This document shows, one piece after another, positions 20,354-28,425 of a stretch of DNA of 64,000 bases. Source of the stretch: Candidatus Latescibacterota bacterium. Lineage in GTDB: Bacteria; Latescibacterota; UBA2968; UBA8231. The DNA lies in assembly GCA_965243025.1 (NCBI GenBank), contig CBDETY010000003.1, forward strand, positions 4,576,001 to 4,640,000, written 5' to 3'. The translations under genes and the position numbers were made by a program. The first letter of the stretch is position 1; the number at the start of each line of letters is the position of its first letter. The notes beneath the pieces are model-generated. The model was not told the origin of the DNA, ran no database searches, and saw nothing but the letters and a program-made list of their open reading frames with translations.

Positions 20354-20790
20354 CCGGCCTCGATCTTCTGCCCCGGCCCTCCGGGACCCTCCACCCAGTA
20401 CTCTCCGTCCTCGGACATCTCCTTCTTCCAGACAGGGACCGTCTGCTTGAGACGGTCGATGGCGAACTGACAGGCGGAAAAACCTTCCCCCCGGTGGGGG
20501 CTTGAAACGGCAATTAGAACGCTGATCTCCCCGATTTCGAGGCGGCCGACCCGGTGCAGAATGGCGATGTCGTCGATATTCCACCTCGCGACCGCTTCCT
20601 TGCCGATCTTCGCCATCTCCTGCTCGGCCATCGGCTTGTATGCCTCGTAGACGAGGTGATCGGTGCGCCTGCCGTTGCTGTTATCGCGAACCACCCCGGC
20701 GAAGGTCACCACGGCTCCGTCGCCATCCGCCCTGACGTCGTCGTACAGGGCTCCTGGAGCTATCGGGTCCTCCGTTATTCTGAAAAGCAT
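20332..20790 (-). CDS. moaE: Molybdopterin synthase catalytic subunit MoaE
   Basis: GAVVTFAGVVR, YEAYKPMA, HRVGRL, PHR, IDRLKQTVPVWKKE. Confidence 0.95.
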   Translation of the reverse strand: MLFRITEDPIAPGALYDDVRADGDGAVVTFAGVVRDNSNGRRTDHLVYEAYKPMAEQEMAKIGKEAVARWNIDDIAILHRVGRLEIGEISVLIAVSSPHRGEGFSACQFAIDRLKQTVPVWKKEMSEDGEYWVEGPGGPGQKIEAGCTTSAG

Positions 20791-20811
20791 TGCACCTCTT
20801 CCACCTGGGGA

Positions 20812-21060
20812 CTAACCCCCGCTCACCGGCGGGATGACGGCCAGCTCGTCGCCGTCCGAAATCGGGGAATCTCCTCCCACGTACTCGGCATTTCTGGCAA
20901 ATGCAACCGATTTGGAGATCCCCCGCAACTGCGGAAACTTCGCGAGGACGACATCGAATGCCTCTTCCACCGTCGAGACCGTTTCCGGCAACTCGATCTC
21001 CAGCTCCTTGCGGCCGACCGCTTCCCGGCACCCGGCAAACATCAGCAGTTTAACCCGCAT
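20812..21060 (-). CDS. moaD: Sulfur carrier MoaD/ThiS family
   Basis: 82-aa beta-grasp protein ending DGDELAVIPPVSGG. Confidence 0.93.
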   Translation of the reverse strand: MRVKLLMFAGCREAVGRKELEIELPETVSTVEEAFDVVLAKFPQLRGISKSVAFARNAEYVGGDSPISDGDELAVIPPVSGG

Positions 21061-21109
21061 TTCGCCCCGATTGTTCCCCAAAAACCTCCTTGGGTTGCCT
21101 CACAACAAG

Positions 21110-21144
21110 AAAAAGCCGCCGGAACCATACCCGGCGGCTTTTTT
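21110..21144. terminator. Rho-independent (bidirectional) terminator
   Basis: AAAAA-GCCGCCGG-aaccatac-CCGGCGGC-TTTTTT, 45 nt downstream of the surface-protein pair. Confidence 0.9.
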
Positions 21145-21188
21145 CCTGTTCCCGGCAGGGCACCAGTCGGGCGGCACCCCGCAAGATT

Positions 21189-22730
21189 TTACCTGACCAA
21201 GGTCATCTTCTTCATCGAGTTGAAACTTCCGGCCCTGATCTCGTAAAAATACACTCCCGAACCGACAGCCTGGCCGTTGCGGTTCAGACCGTCCCAGACC
21301 CGGCTGAACGTTCCGGCCGAAAGGTTCTCGCCGTCAACCAAGGTGCGCACCGTCTGCCCAGTGGCGTCGTAGACGGTAAGGGTAACCGGGGCAGCTTCGG
21401 ACAGATCGAAGCGAATGGTCGTTTCCGGGTTGAAGGGGTTGGGGAAATTCTGGGCAAGGGCATTGACCGACGGAACCAGACCCTGGTCGATAACCGTCAC
21501 CCCGAAAAAGACCTCAACCACCTGCGATCGGGTGGAGGACCCGTCGAGGTCGACCTGCTTCAGGTAATAGTAGACCAGCTCTGCGAGCGGAGGGTTGGAA
21601 TCGAGGAACTGGTAGGTCCTGTACTCGTCGACCGTTCCTTCCCCCGGGACCAGGTCCCCGATACGCTCGTAAATGGTGTCATCGGTGCTCCGGAAGACCT
21701 CCCAGCCGAGGTTGTTCGTCTGGGAAACAACGCCCCATCTCAGAAGAACCTCGGTGTCTCCGGTAATTTCGGCGGCGAAGCTGGCCAACTCAGCAGGTAC
21801 CGGGATGTCCCAGGTGATGCTGAAATCCACGCTGAGGTCTCTCGATTGCCCGAGTGAGTTCGGTGCGCTGGTGGAAGCCGAAACCGAAACGCTCGTGCTC
21901 CCTGCTTCGTCGCCCCCTTCGCAATCCAGAGTCAGCGAAGCAAGGCCGTCAGCCCCGGAGTTGCCGGTGACTATGACATCGGCCGTGTTTGCGGTTATCT
22001 CCATGCCGCCGTTACCGAGAAGGAACACGGACTCGGCCCCGTTGTTGGTGATCGACCAGGTTATCTCCTGGCCTTCCATCGCCGCGCCAGTGGCATCGGT
22101 GAAACTGACCCCGAGGGTTACCTCTCCATCGCTGCCGTCAAGAGTTCCGCCATCACCGACCAAAGCCGAGAAATCCAGAGAGAGGTCGGTGGCGCCGACC
22201 GCGGACAACGCCGGCTCGGAAACCGGCGGGTTCACGGTTATCGAAATTCCGACCGCGCCGGCATCGAACTCATCCCGGTCAGCGGATGAAGAACCGACGG
22301 AAACCGCGCTAACGGTAATGGTAGCCTCGATGCTTTCGGAGAAAGACCCGGAAGCAGTCAAAACGAAATCACCCAGCGAGGCATCCCCGTCCACGGCACC
22401 GGTGAAATTGGCGGCCCCGACTTTCACCGTGCCATCCCCCACCTCCGTTCCGGGAGCTACAAAGTCCTCTGCAGGAGTGAAGGCCGTCGCCGACAGATCA
22501 AAAGCGTCCGCCGGGGTTACTGAAATTGTCATGTCGTATTGAGACACGCCGACCATTCCCGCTGCGGAGACATTGAGGGAAACAGTTCCCCCAGCTCCAA
22601 CCCCGACAACCTCCGTATCACTGGTAGTTGAAAAGGTGACGCCTTCATTGTCACCTGCGAAAGCTACACCAGCCAGAGCGATTACGAAGGTGAGGGCAAA
22701 TGGCGCGGCCTTTCGCACGCGATTGAGCAT
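21189..22730 (-). CDS. Secreted surface protein: cohesin-like + Ig-like + FlgD-Ig/T9SS-type C-terminal domain (513 aa)
   Basis: Signal peptide MLNRVRKAAPFALTFVIALAGVAFA, acidic beta-rich domains, PVPAELASF motif, C-terminal LAQNFPNPFNPETTIRFDL...WDG...GSGVYFY...MKKMTLVR. Confidence 0.85.
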   Translation of the reverse strand: MLNRVRKAAPFALTFVIALAGVAFAGDNEGVTFSTTSDTEVVGVGAGGTVSLNVSAAGMVGVSQYDMTISVTPADAFDLSATAFTPAEDFVAPGTEVGDGTVKVGAANFTGAVDGDASLGDFVLTASGSFSESIEATITVSAVSVGSSSADRDEFDAGAVGISITVNPPVSEPALSAVGATDLSLDFSALVGDGGTLDGSDGEVTLGVSFTDATGAAMEGQEITWSITNNGAESVFLLGNGGMEITANTADVIVTGNSGADGLASLTLDCEGGDEAGSTSVSVSASTSAPNSLGQSRDLSVDFSITWDIPVPAELASFAAEITGDTEVLLRWGVVSQTNNLGWEVFRSTDDTIYERIGDLVPGEGTVDEYRTYQFLDSNPPLAELVYYYLKQVDLDGSSTRSQVVEVFFGVTVIDQGLVPSVNALAQNFPNPFNPETTIRFDLSEAAPVTLTVYDATGQTVRTLVDGENLSAGTFSRVWDGLNRNGQAVGSGVYFYEIRAGSFNSMKKMTLVR

Positions 22731-22886
22731 TTCCTCTCTCCTGATCAATGATACGCGACCCAAGTTGGCCATCCCGTTAGAACTGCGTTCGACTTCTGCT
22801 TGCGCTTGAAAATTCGGTTCTAATATAAGTACGGGACCCCGCTGAGGGCAGGGTCCCGTACTCACTTTCACCGCCGTGCCCTCCGC

Positions 22887-25800
22887 CTACTTGAGCAGCA
22901 GCATCTTCTTGACGTCGGCGAACTCACCTCCAACCTGGACGCGGTAGAAGTAAATCCCCGACGACATGCTCTGGCCGCGGTCGTTGGTGGCGTCCCACTG
23001 GACTGCGTAGCGGCCGGCAGTCTGGCGCTCGTTGACCAGAGTCCTGACTACCTGCCCCAGCATGTTGTAAACCTCCAGCTTCACGTCACCGGCTTCCGGC
23101 AAGTCGTACTTGAGGGTGGTCTCCGGGTTGAACGGGTTCGGGAAGTTGTTCCGAAGCGCGTACACCTCGGGACGGGTCTGAATCCGAACCGAAACCGGAG
23201 TGTCCAGACTGTTCAAGCCGTAATTGCCGTCTCTCAACTCGCCGCTGAGGATCTCGATGTAGCTGTCCTCGATCTCCCTGAGAGAGCGGAATACGAGGTT
23301 CAACCCGAGATCGCCCTCGGTGCCTACGTCTCCGTAAGCGACGAGCGACACGAGACCGTCCTTGTTGGCAACCACATGACCGTCCGCGAACTCGCCGGTA
23401 CCGAGGATGCTGTTCTCCACCTCGGTGCCTACGTAGGTCAGGAGCTGCGGATCGTAGCTGACGCTCAACCCGTAACCCTTGAGCTCGGCGAAGTCCTGCA
23501 GGCTGACGGCGATGGCCATCTCTTCCCCGACCCTCGGCAACTCGAGGCCGGCGTCGAGGTAGAAGCGGGCGTCGCTGTTCAGACCGGCCATGAAGTTGGG
23601 CAAGCCCTTCCCAACACCCTCGATCTCCCTGCCGAAGAAATCGGCAAAGGTGAAGAAGTCGTTGAGGTCGATCTTGTTGTTCTGACTCAGGTCGAACGCG
23701 GGCTCGAAGGATTCGTCTTCAGCCGTGAGACCGAACTGGTCCGCGAGGATGAAGAAGTCATCGAAGCCCACCTGGTTGTCCGCCCCGAACAGACCGAAGA
23801 CGGCCTTGCCGTTGGAGTCGAAGACACGGTTCCGGATCGCCATCGCGGTCTTCTCCATGATGGTTTCACCGAGGTTGTCCTGGTCGAAGGGGCGGACCTG
23901 GTAGGTGTAACGAATCCCGTTGAAGACCATCTGGTCCTCGAAGGAAGTCGAGCCACCCGGAGCCTCGCCTACGACTTCGTACGCCGCGTCTCCGATCCTG
24001 CGGAACACTTTGTATCCCTTAACACCGGCAGTCGTGTAGATCTGACCGCCGACAGCCTGTCCGACCGAAGTGGTAACCATGTGGTCATCCGGAGACTTCG
24101 CCCAGGAGACCGTTATGCTGCCACCCGCGTCACCCGGGGTATCCAGGACCCTCATGTAAGGAATGGCTCCCGGAGGAATGTTGTCGATCGCCCGAACGGC
24201 TTCCGACCGCACTCTCTCGGACAGGTAAGCGTTGTCTACAGCCTTCATCAAGGGAGCGATCCCCTTGGTGGAGAAGGCAATGGCCTCCGGAGTCAAGGCG
24301 GCGAACAGCGGGCCGTCCGAAACCTTCGGCTGGACGGCAGACTCCTTGCTCATCGCCATCGTCTGAGCCATCACCTCGTAAGGATTGGAGAGGCTCATAC
24401 CGGGCATGAAAGCCTGCTTGCTCGCCGGCACCACATACTCGGCGGCAACCTCGAACGCCGTGGCATCCGAATCGAGAGTCGCTACCACGACCCGCATGAG
24501 ACCCGGATCGGGAACGGCGTCGACGAACGCCCACGGAATGAAAGCCATGGCGTCCTCTGCCTGCACTATGCTGCCGTCTTCCCCGAGGACGTGGGTAACG
24601 GCGATCTCACGATAAATGCGGTACCCGTCGATGATGTCGTGGTTGTCCGACGGGTCGAAGGTCAGGAGGACGAAACCGCCCTGATCACCGTTGCCGAGCG
24701 CACCTCTGAAGTCCTCGGCGATGAGGGTATCAGGAGCATCGATCTCCTCCACCGGCGGTCCGACCGGAGGCCGTCCAGGATCGACAGGATCACCCTCGAC
24801 GTTGATCACACCGGAGACGCCGTGGATGAAAGTGTCACCCTGCTGCACGATGTCTCTGACCGTAACCACCATTGTCGTGAACGATGTAGCCAAACCGGAA
24901 TTGGCGATGAAGCTGCCCGTTCCGTCCCGGATGGGCACGTCACCGGCGGGGACTATCGCGCCGATCTGGTTGGCCGTAACATTCACGAAACGGCTGTCCT
25001 TCTCGCGCACGTTCCCGAACGAGTCGGCGATGCTGACCTCGACAGTGAAGTCCTCACCCCTGGTGACGGGATCCGCCGGGCCTGAAACAATCAGCCTTGC
25101 ATAAGCGTCGTCCTGAATCAGGACCGTGTCCCGAAGCGCTCCAACGATACCTTCCCCCTGCAAGCTGAATACGAGCTTACCGTTCGAAACGGTGTCGCGG
25201 ATGGCCACCTTCCGCGTTCCGTCCGAACCCCAGCCGTCGTCGTCCAGATTGATGACGTTGCCTCCGCCCTCCGGCTGGGAAGCACCGGGGCTGCTCTTCT
25301 CGACCAGGTCGACGCCCTGACCACCCATTACCGTAAGGGTGGCTTCCTCGCGGTACAGGAAGGCCGTCTTGTCGTCCTCCGTCTTAGCCTGAAGGGTTAA
25401 CACCATGACCTTGCCTGCATTGATCATCTGCATCTTGTCGTCATCAAGCTTGTCCTTGTTGTCGTCCTTGAATCCCCTCAGCTTGAACTGGTCGGACTTG
25501 CCATCTTGTTCAGCAATTTCGAGGTCGAAACTGGCGGCAGGTACCAACTCGTGGTCCTCGTCGAAGGTAAAGGTGTCAGGACCGGCCTGCGTCCAGTTTC
25601 CGGCGGCGTCCCGGGCGTCGATTCGGACATAATACATCCTGCCGTCCTCGAGACCGGTCACGCTCAACTCGGTAAAGGTATCCTTCGCCAGGCCATCGCC
25701 TCCGATGGTCAGGGTATCGTTCTTGGATACATCAGCAGACCCAGGACCGAGATGCTTGTAGATAACGGCCAGGGTGTCAGCGTCCTTGTTCAGCTCCACG

Positions 25801-28016
25801 CTGACATTGGCGCTGGCGGCCCCCAGGGTCCTGAGGTCATCGTCGGTCCCGTCCATGATCGGGAACTTGTGGGTGAAGCCGATGTCCTTGAGATCCAGGG
25901 TAACGCCGCTTCGCGTCTCCTTCGGCCCTTCGTTTCCGGCAATGTCCGTGGCGACGAACTCGAAGACGTAATCCGTCTTCCCGTCCGACAGGAGGGCGCC
26001 TTCATAGTCCCCTCTCGCAACCGTAAACGAACCTGCCTCGTCGAACTGGCCGGCGTTGTCGCCGCCCTTGTCCTTCCAGATTTCCACGATGTCATTGGCA
26101 TCGATGTCATCTGCGGGGCCTGCGGCGATCATCCTGCTCAGATCGATCGCGATCCTGCTGTCGGTCTTCAGCCCGTCATAACTGAAATTCAGCGGCTTGG
26201 CATTGTCCAAGCCGCTGTTCTCGCTATTGATCTCCACAACCACGGGCGGCCGGTCGGCAAGCGCGCTCTTCAAGGTGAGCTTGAGCTGACCGAGCGTCTC
26301 ATTCGGCACGTAGACCGGCGGATTCTCGTCGGCAGGCAGGTCGACATCCCTGTTACGTCCACCGCCGGAAATCCTGTCCCCGCCCAGAGGGGCGGCAACG
26401 AGGGTGTCTCCACCGTCATCCGCCGCTTTTATCCCGGCTATGATGGTAGCTCCACCGTTCTTGAGTTCCGTGACCCCGGTCCCCGCTGCGCGGGAGGCCA
26501 GGGACGGCTTCACTCCGTCAACAAGAATGGCCGTTGTAACTTCGGCAGCAGGTTCCCCATCGCCGTCTATCGAGAAGCTTGCAGCCGTGTTTCCGGCGCC
26601 ATCCCGGATGTTGGCCGTCAATACCAGCGGCGCATCCGAAAGATCCGGGTACTCGTTCTCGGCGATAGCGTCCTTGTGCTGCAAGATAGTTTTTCGGGAT
26701 CCCTCGGATTTCTCAAAGTACCCCGAGGCGTCCGCAGTTGATACCTTGCCTCCTGCCTTTACGACAATTGACCAATCCCCTTGAAGGTTCGTCCGGATAT
26801 TGCCGTACTCGTCATCGTTCAACTCGATATAGGCAATAAGCGTATCCTGGATTCCCAGGACGATTCGATCGGTCGGAAGCTTGCCCGCCCCTATCAAGGA
26901 TGCCGCGTCAGCCGAACTGCCATCGGCGTCTACCGTCAAACCTCCGAGGGCGGTAAACCCTGTTGCATATCGAAGATCAGCCCCTTTGAGCTCCTTGGCG
27001 TAACCGAGACCTGCAAAATCCACCGCGTGGTAGTCGCCATCCTCTCGACCCACAAGAGCCGAAATTCCGTCTCTATCGTCATCCGAACCATCAGTTGCTG
27101 AGGCATCTGGCTCGTCAGCATCCATCTTGAACCCAAAACCGTCCTCCTCAAACGGCCTCGAGAAATGCAGATAATTCCCCTGAACCGGACGGTCGCCGTC
27201 AATCTTCATCGAGTTGTCCGAAAGGACTATGGACGAATAGGCAGTTCCATCTCTAACGACAGCCGCCGCATAAACCTCGTCGTGCTCGCCCATGATTTCA
27301 GAGCCCGTCGAGTACCATCTGATCAGGTACCTCGTATCAACGGCTACGTTCTTGTGCTTGCTCTCCGCGATCTTGGAATCGTCGATGCCTGTCCCGGTTA
27401 TAAACAGCGAGTCGGCATCGCCTACCCATTTCCTGTCCGCCTCGGGAGTGGGAGTATCACCTTCTGCAGGAATATCGTTCCGGTCCGTTCCGCGGTCCGC
27501 TGTCCGAAAGGCAGCAAACGGGTTATCGGCACCGGGAGCATCCGCGTAAGAACTGCCTCTCACCGGGGCATCAATGGTGGCCCCTGTGGTGGTGGCTTCA
27601 TTGATTATGGCCGGCGAGGCGCCAACAGTGAAAGGGGCTATACTGGATGAGGTGCCAAATGCCCCATCGAGAAATGCCGCAGCAGTTCCGCCGCCGAAAT
27701 TACTGGCGTGTTGAGCAAGCCTTTCTTTGCCCCGAACGTCGTTGTCCCAACCGCTTTCAACGATCAAGGTGTCGGTCACATTCCCGTCGTTGTCTTTCTC
27801 AAGCGCAACAAGAAAGACTGCAACCTCAAGCGCCGGGTCTTCGTCGAAGTCCTGCACCGTGACATCGACCTGGAAGACGCCGTCGATTCCGACCAGCCCC
27901 CCCTTCTTGATGGTCACGCCCTCGACCGTCTGCGCCAGAAGCTCACCGCTTCCTATCGGGCCCAGACCTACGAGACCCAGGAGCGTCAGGATAATCCACT
28001 GTCTGCTACGATGCAT
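22887..28016 (-). CDS. Very large secreted surface protein: Ig-like repeats, FN3-like, dockerin/EF-hand-like, cohesin-like, FlgD-Ig CTD (1709 aa)
   Basis: AAGGAGG RBS, signal peptide, DxAGN Ig motifs (DGAGN, DIAGN, DAAGN), paired DNQVGFDDFFILADQFG / DLSQNNKIDLNDFFTFADFFG, cohesin-like LKGYGLSVSYDPQLL, CTD NNFPNPFNPETT...SSGIYFY...KKMLLLK. Confidence 0.88.
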   Translation of the reverse strand: MHRSRQWIILTLLGLVGLGPIGSGELLAQTVEGVTIKKGGLVGIDGVFQVDVTVQDFDEDPALEVAVFLVALEKDNDGNVTDTLIVESGWDNDVRGKERLAQHASNFGGGTAAAFLDGAFGTSSSIAPFTVGASPAIINEATTTGATIDAPVRGSSYADAPGADNPFAAFRTADRGTDRNDIPAEGDTPTPEADRKWVGDADSLFITGTGIDDSKIAESKHKNVAVDTRYLIRWYSTGSEIMGEHDEVYAAAVVRDGTAYSSIVLSDNSMKIDGDRPVQGNYLHFSRPFEEDGFGFKMDADEPDASATDGSDDDRDGISALVGREDGDYHAVDFAGLGYAKELKGADLRYATGFTALGGLTVDADGSSADAASLIGAGKLPTDRIVLGIQDTLIAYIELNDDEYGNIRTNLQGDWSIVVKAGGKVSTADASGYFEKSEGSRKTILQHKDAIAENEYPDLSDAPLVLTANIRDGAGNTAASFSIDGDGEPAAEVTTAILVDGVKPSLASRAAGTGVTELKNGGATIIAGIKAADDGGDTLVAAPLGGDRISGGGRNRDVDLPADENPPVYVPNETLGQLKLTLKSALADRPPVVVEINSENSGLDNAKPLNFSYDGLKTDSRIAIDLSRMIAAGPADDIDANDIVEIWKDKGGDNAGQFDEAGSFTVARGDYEGALLSDGKTDYVFEFVATDIAGNEGPKETRSGVTLDLKDIGFTHKFPIMDGTDDDLRTLGAASANVSVELNKDADTLAVIYKHLGPGSADVSKNDTLTIGGDGLAKDTFTELSVTGLEDGRMYYVRIDARDAAGNWTQAGPDTFTFDEDHELVPAASFDLEIAEQDGKSDQFKLRGFKDDNKDKLDDDKMQMINAGKVMVLTLQAKTEDDKTAFLYREEATLTVMGGQGVDLVEKSSPGASQPEGGGNVINLDDDGWGSDGTRKVAIRDTVSNGKLVFSLQGEGIVGALRDTVLIQDDAYARLIVSGPADPVTRGEDFTVEVSIADSFGNVREKDSRFVNVTANQIGAIVPAGDVPIRDGTGSFIANSGLATSFTTMVVTVRDIVQQGDTFIHGVSGVINVEGDPVDPGRPPVGPPVEEIDAPDTLIAEDFRGALGNGDQGGFVLLTFDPSDNHDIIDGYRIYREIAVTHVLGEDGSIVQAEDAMAFIPWAFVDAVPDPGLMRVVVATLDSDATAFEVAAEYVVPASKQAFMPGMSLSNPYEVMAQTMAMSKESAVQPKVSDGPLFAALTPEAIAFSTKGIAPLMKAVDNAYLSERVRSEAVRAIDNIPPGAIPYMRVLDTPGDAGGSITVSWAKSPDDHMVTTSVGQAVGGQIYTTAGVKGYKVFRRIGDAAYEVVGEAPGGSTSFEDQMVFNGIRYTYQVRPFDQDNLGETIMEKTAMAIRNRVFDSNGKAVFGLFGADNQVGFDDFFILADQFGLTAEDESFEPAFDLSQNNKIDLNDFFTFADFFGREIEGVGKGLPNFMAGLNSDARFYLDAGLELPRVGEEMAIAVSLQDFAELKGYGLSVSYDPQLLTYVGTEVENSILGTGEFADGHVVANKDGLVSLVAYGDVGTEGDLGLNLVFRSLREIEDSYIEILSGELRDGNYGLNSLDTPVSVRIQTRPEVYALRNNFPNPFNPETTLKYDLPEAGDVKLEVYNMLGQVVRTLVNERQTAGRYAVQWDATNDRGQSMSSGIYFYRVQVGGEFADVKKMLLLK

Positions 28017-28124
28017 CTTTTCCTCCTTATTCAGGAATGATTTCCCTCGACAGAATTCCACGGGCCATCTCCCGATTCCAACCCGAACTCTGCGGTTTGA
28101 AGATACTTGTTTCGGAGCTTTCCA

Positions 28125-28153
28125 AAGCTACGGTTGCCAAATATGAATGTCAA
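28125..28153 (-). promoter_or_regulatory. sigma70 promoter P1 of the large surface protein
   Basis: Minus strand TTGACA-N17-TAGCTT, the same boxes as the clpC promoter. Confidence 0.7.
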
Positions 28154-28284
28154 GTGGGAATTTCCGGGAGATCTCACTTTCCCCACGGTTGTCGGAGAAA
28201 TCATTTTTCACCGTTTCTGCGGGGCAAAAGGAGAGGCAGGAAAGGGGCGTCAAGGGGATTATGACGCCGACAACTGATGCGCCA

Positions 28285-28314
28285 ATCATAACCCCGTCAG
28301 CACGGGAATGTCAA
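28285..28314 (-). promoter_or_regulatory. sigma70 promoter P2 of the large surface protein
   Basis: Minus strand TTGACA-N18-TATGAT. Confidence 0.65.
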
Positions 28315-28425
28315 GGATATTTTCCGGGGAGCGGGGGTGTTTGCGGCGGGGCGCATATGCCCGGGTTCTCGAACTTTTCCGGACCGGCTTCCCCGGGCGG
28401 CCAGGGGACCGGGAACTGTCCTCCT

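Noticed and set aside
28248-28253. Third TTGACG box upstream of the large surface gene
   Set aside because: No plausible -10 element at 16-18 nt spacing.
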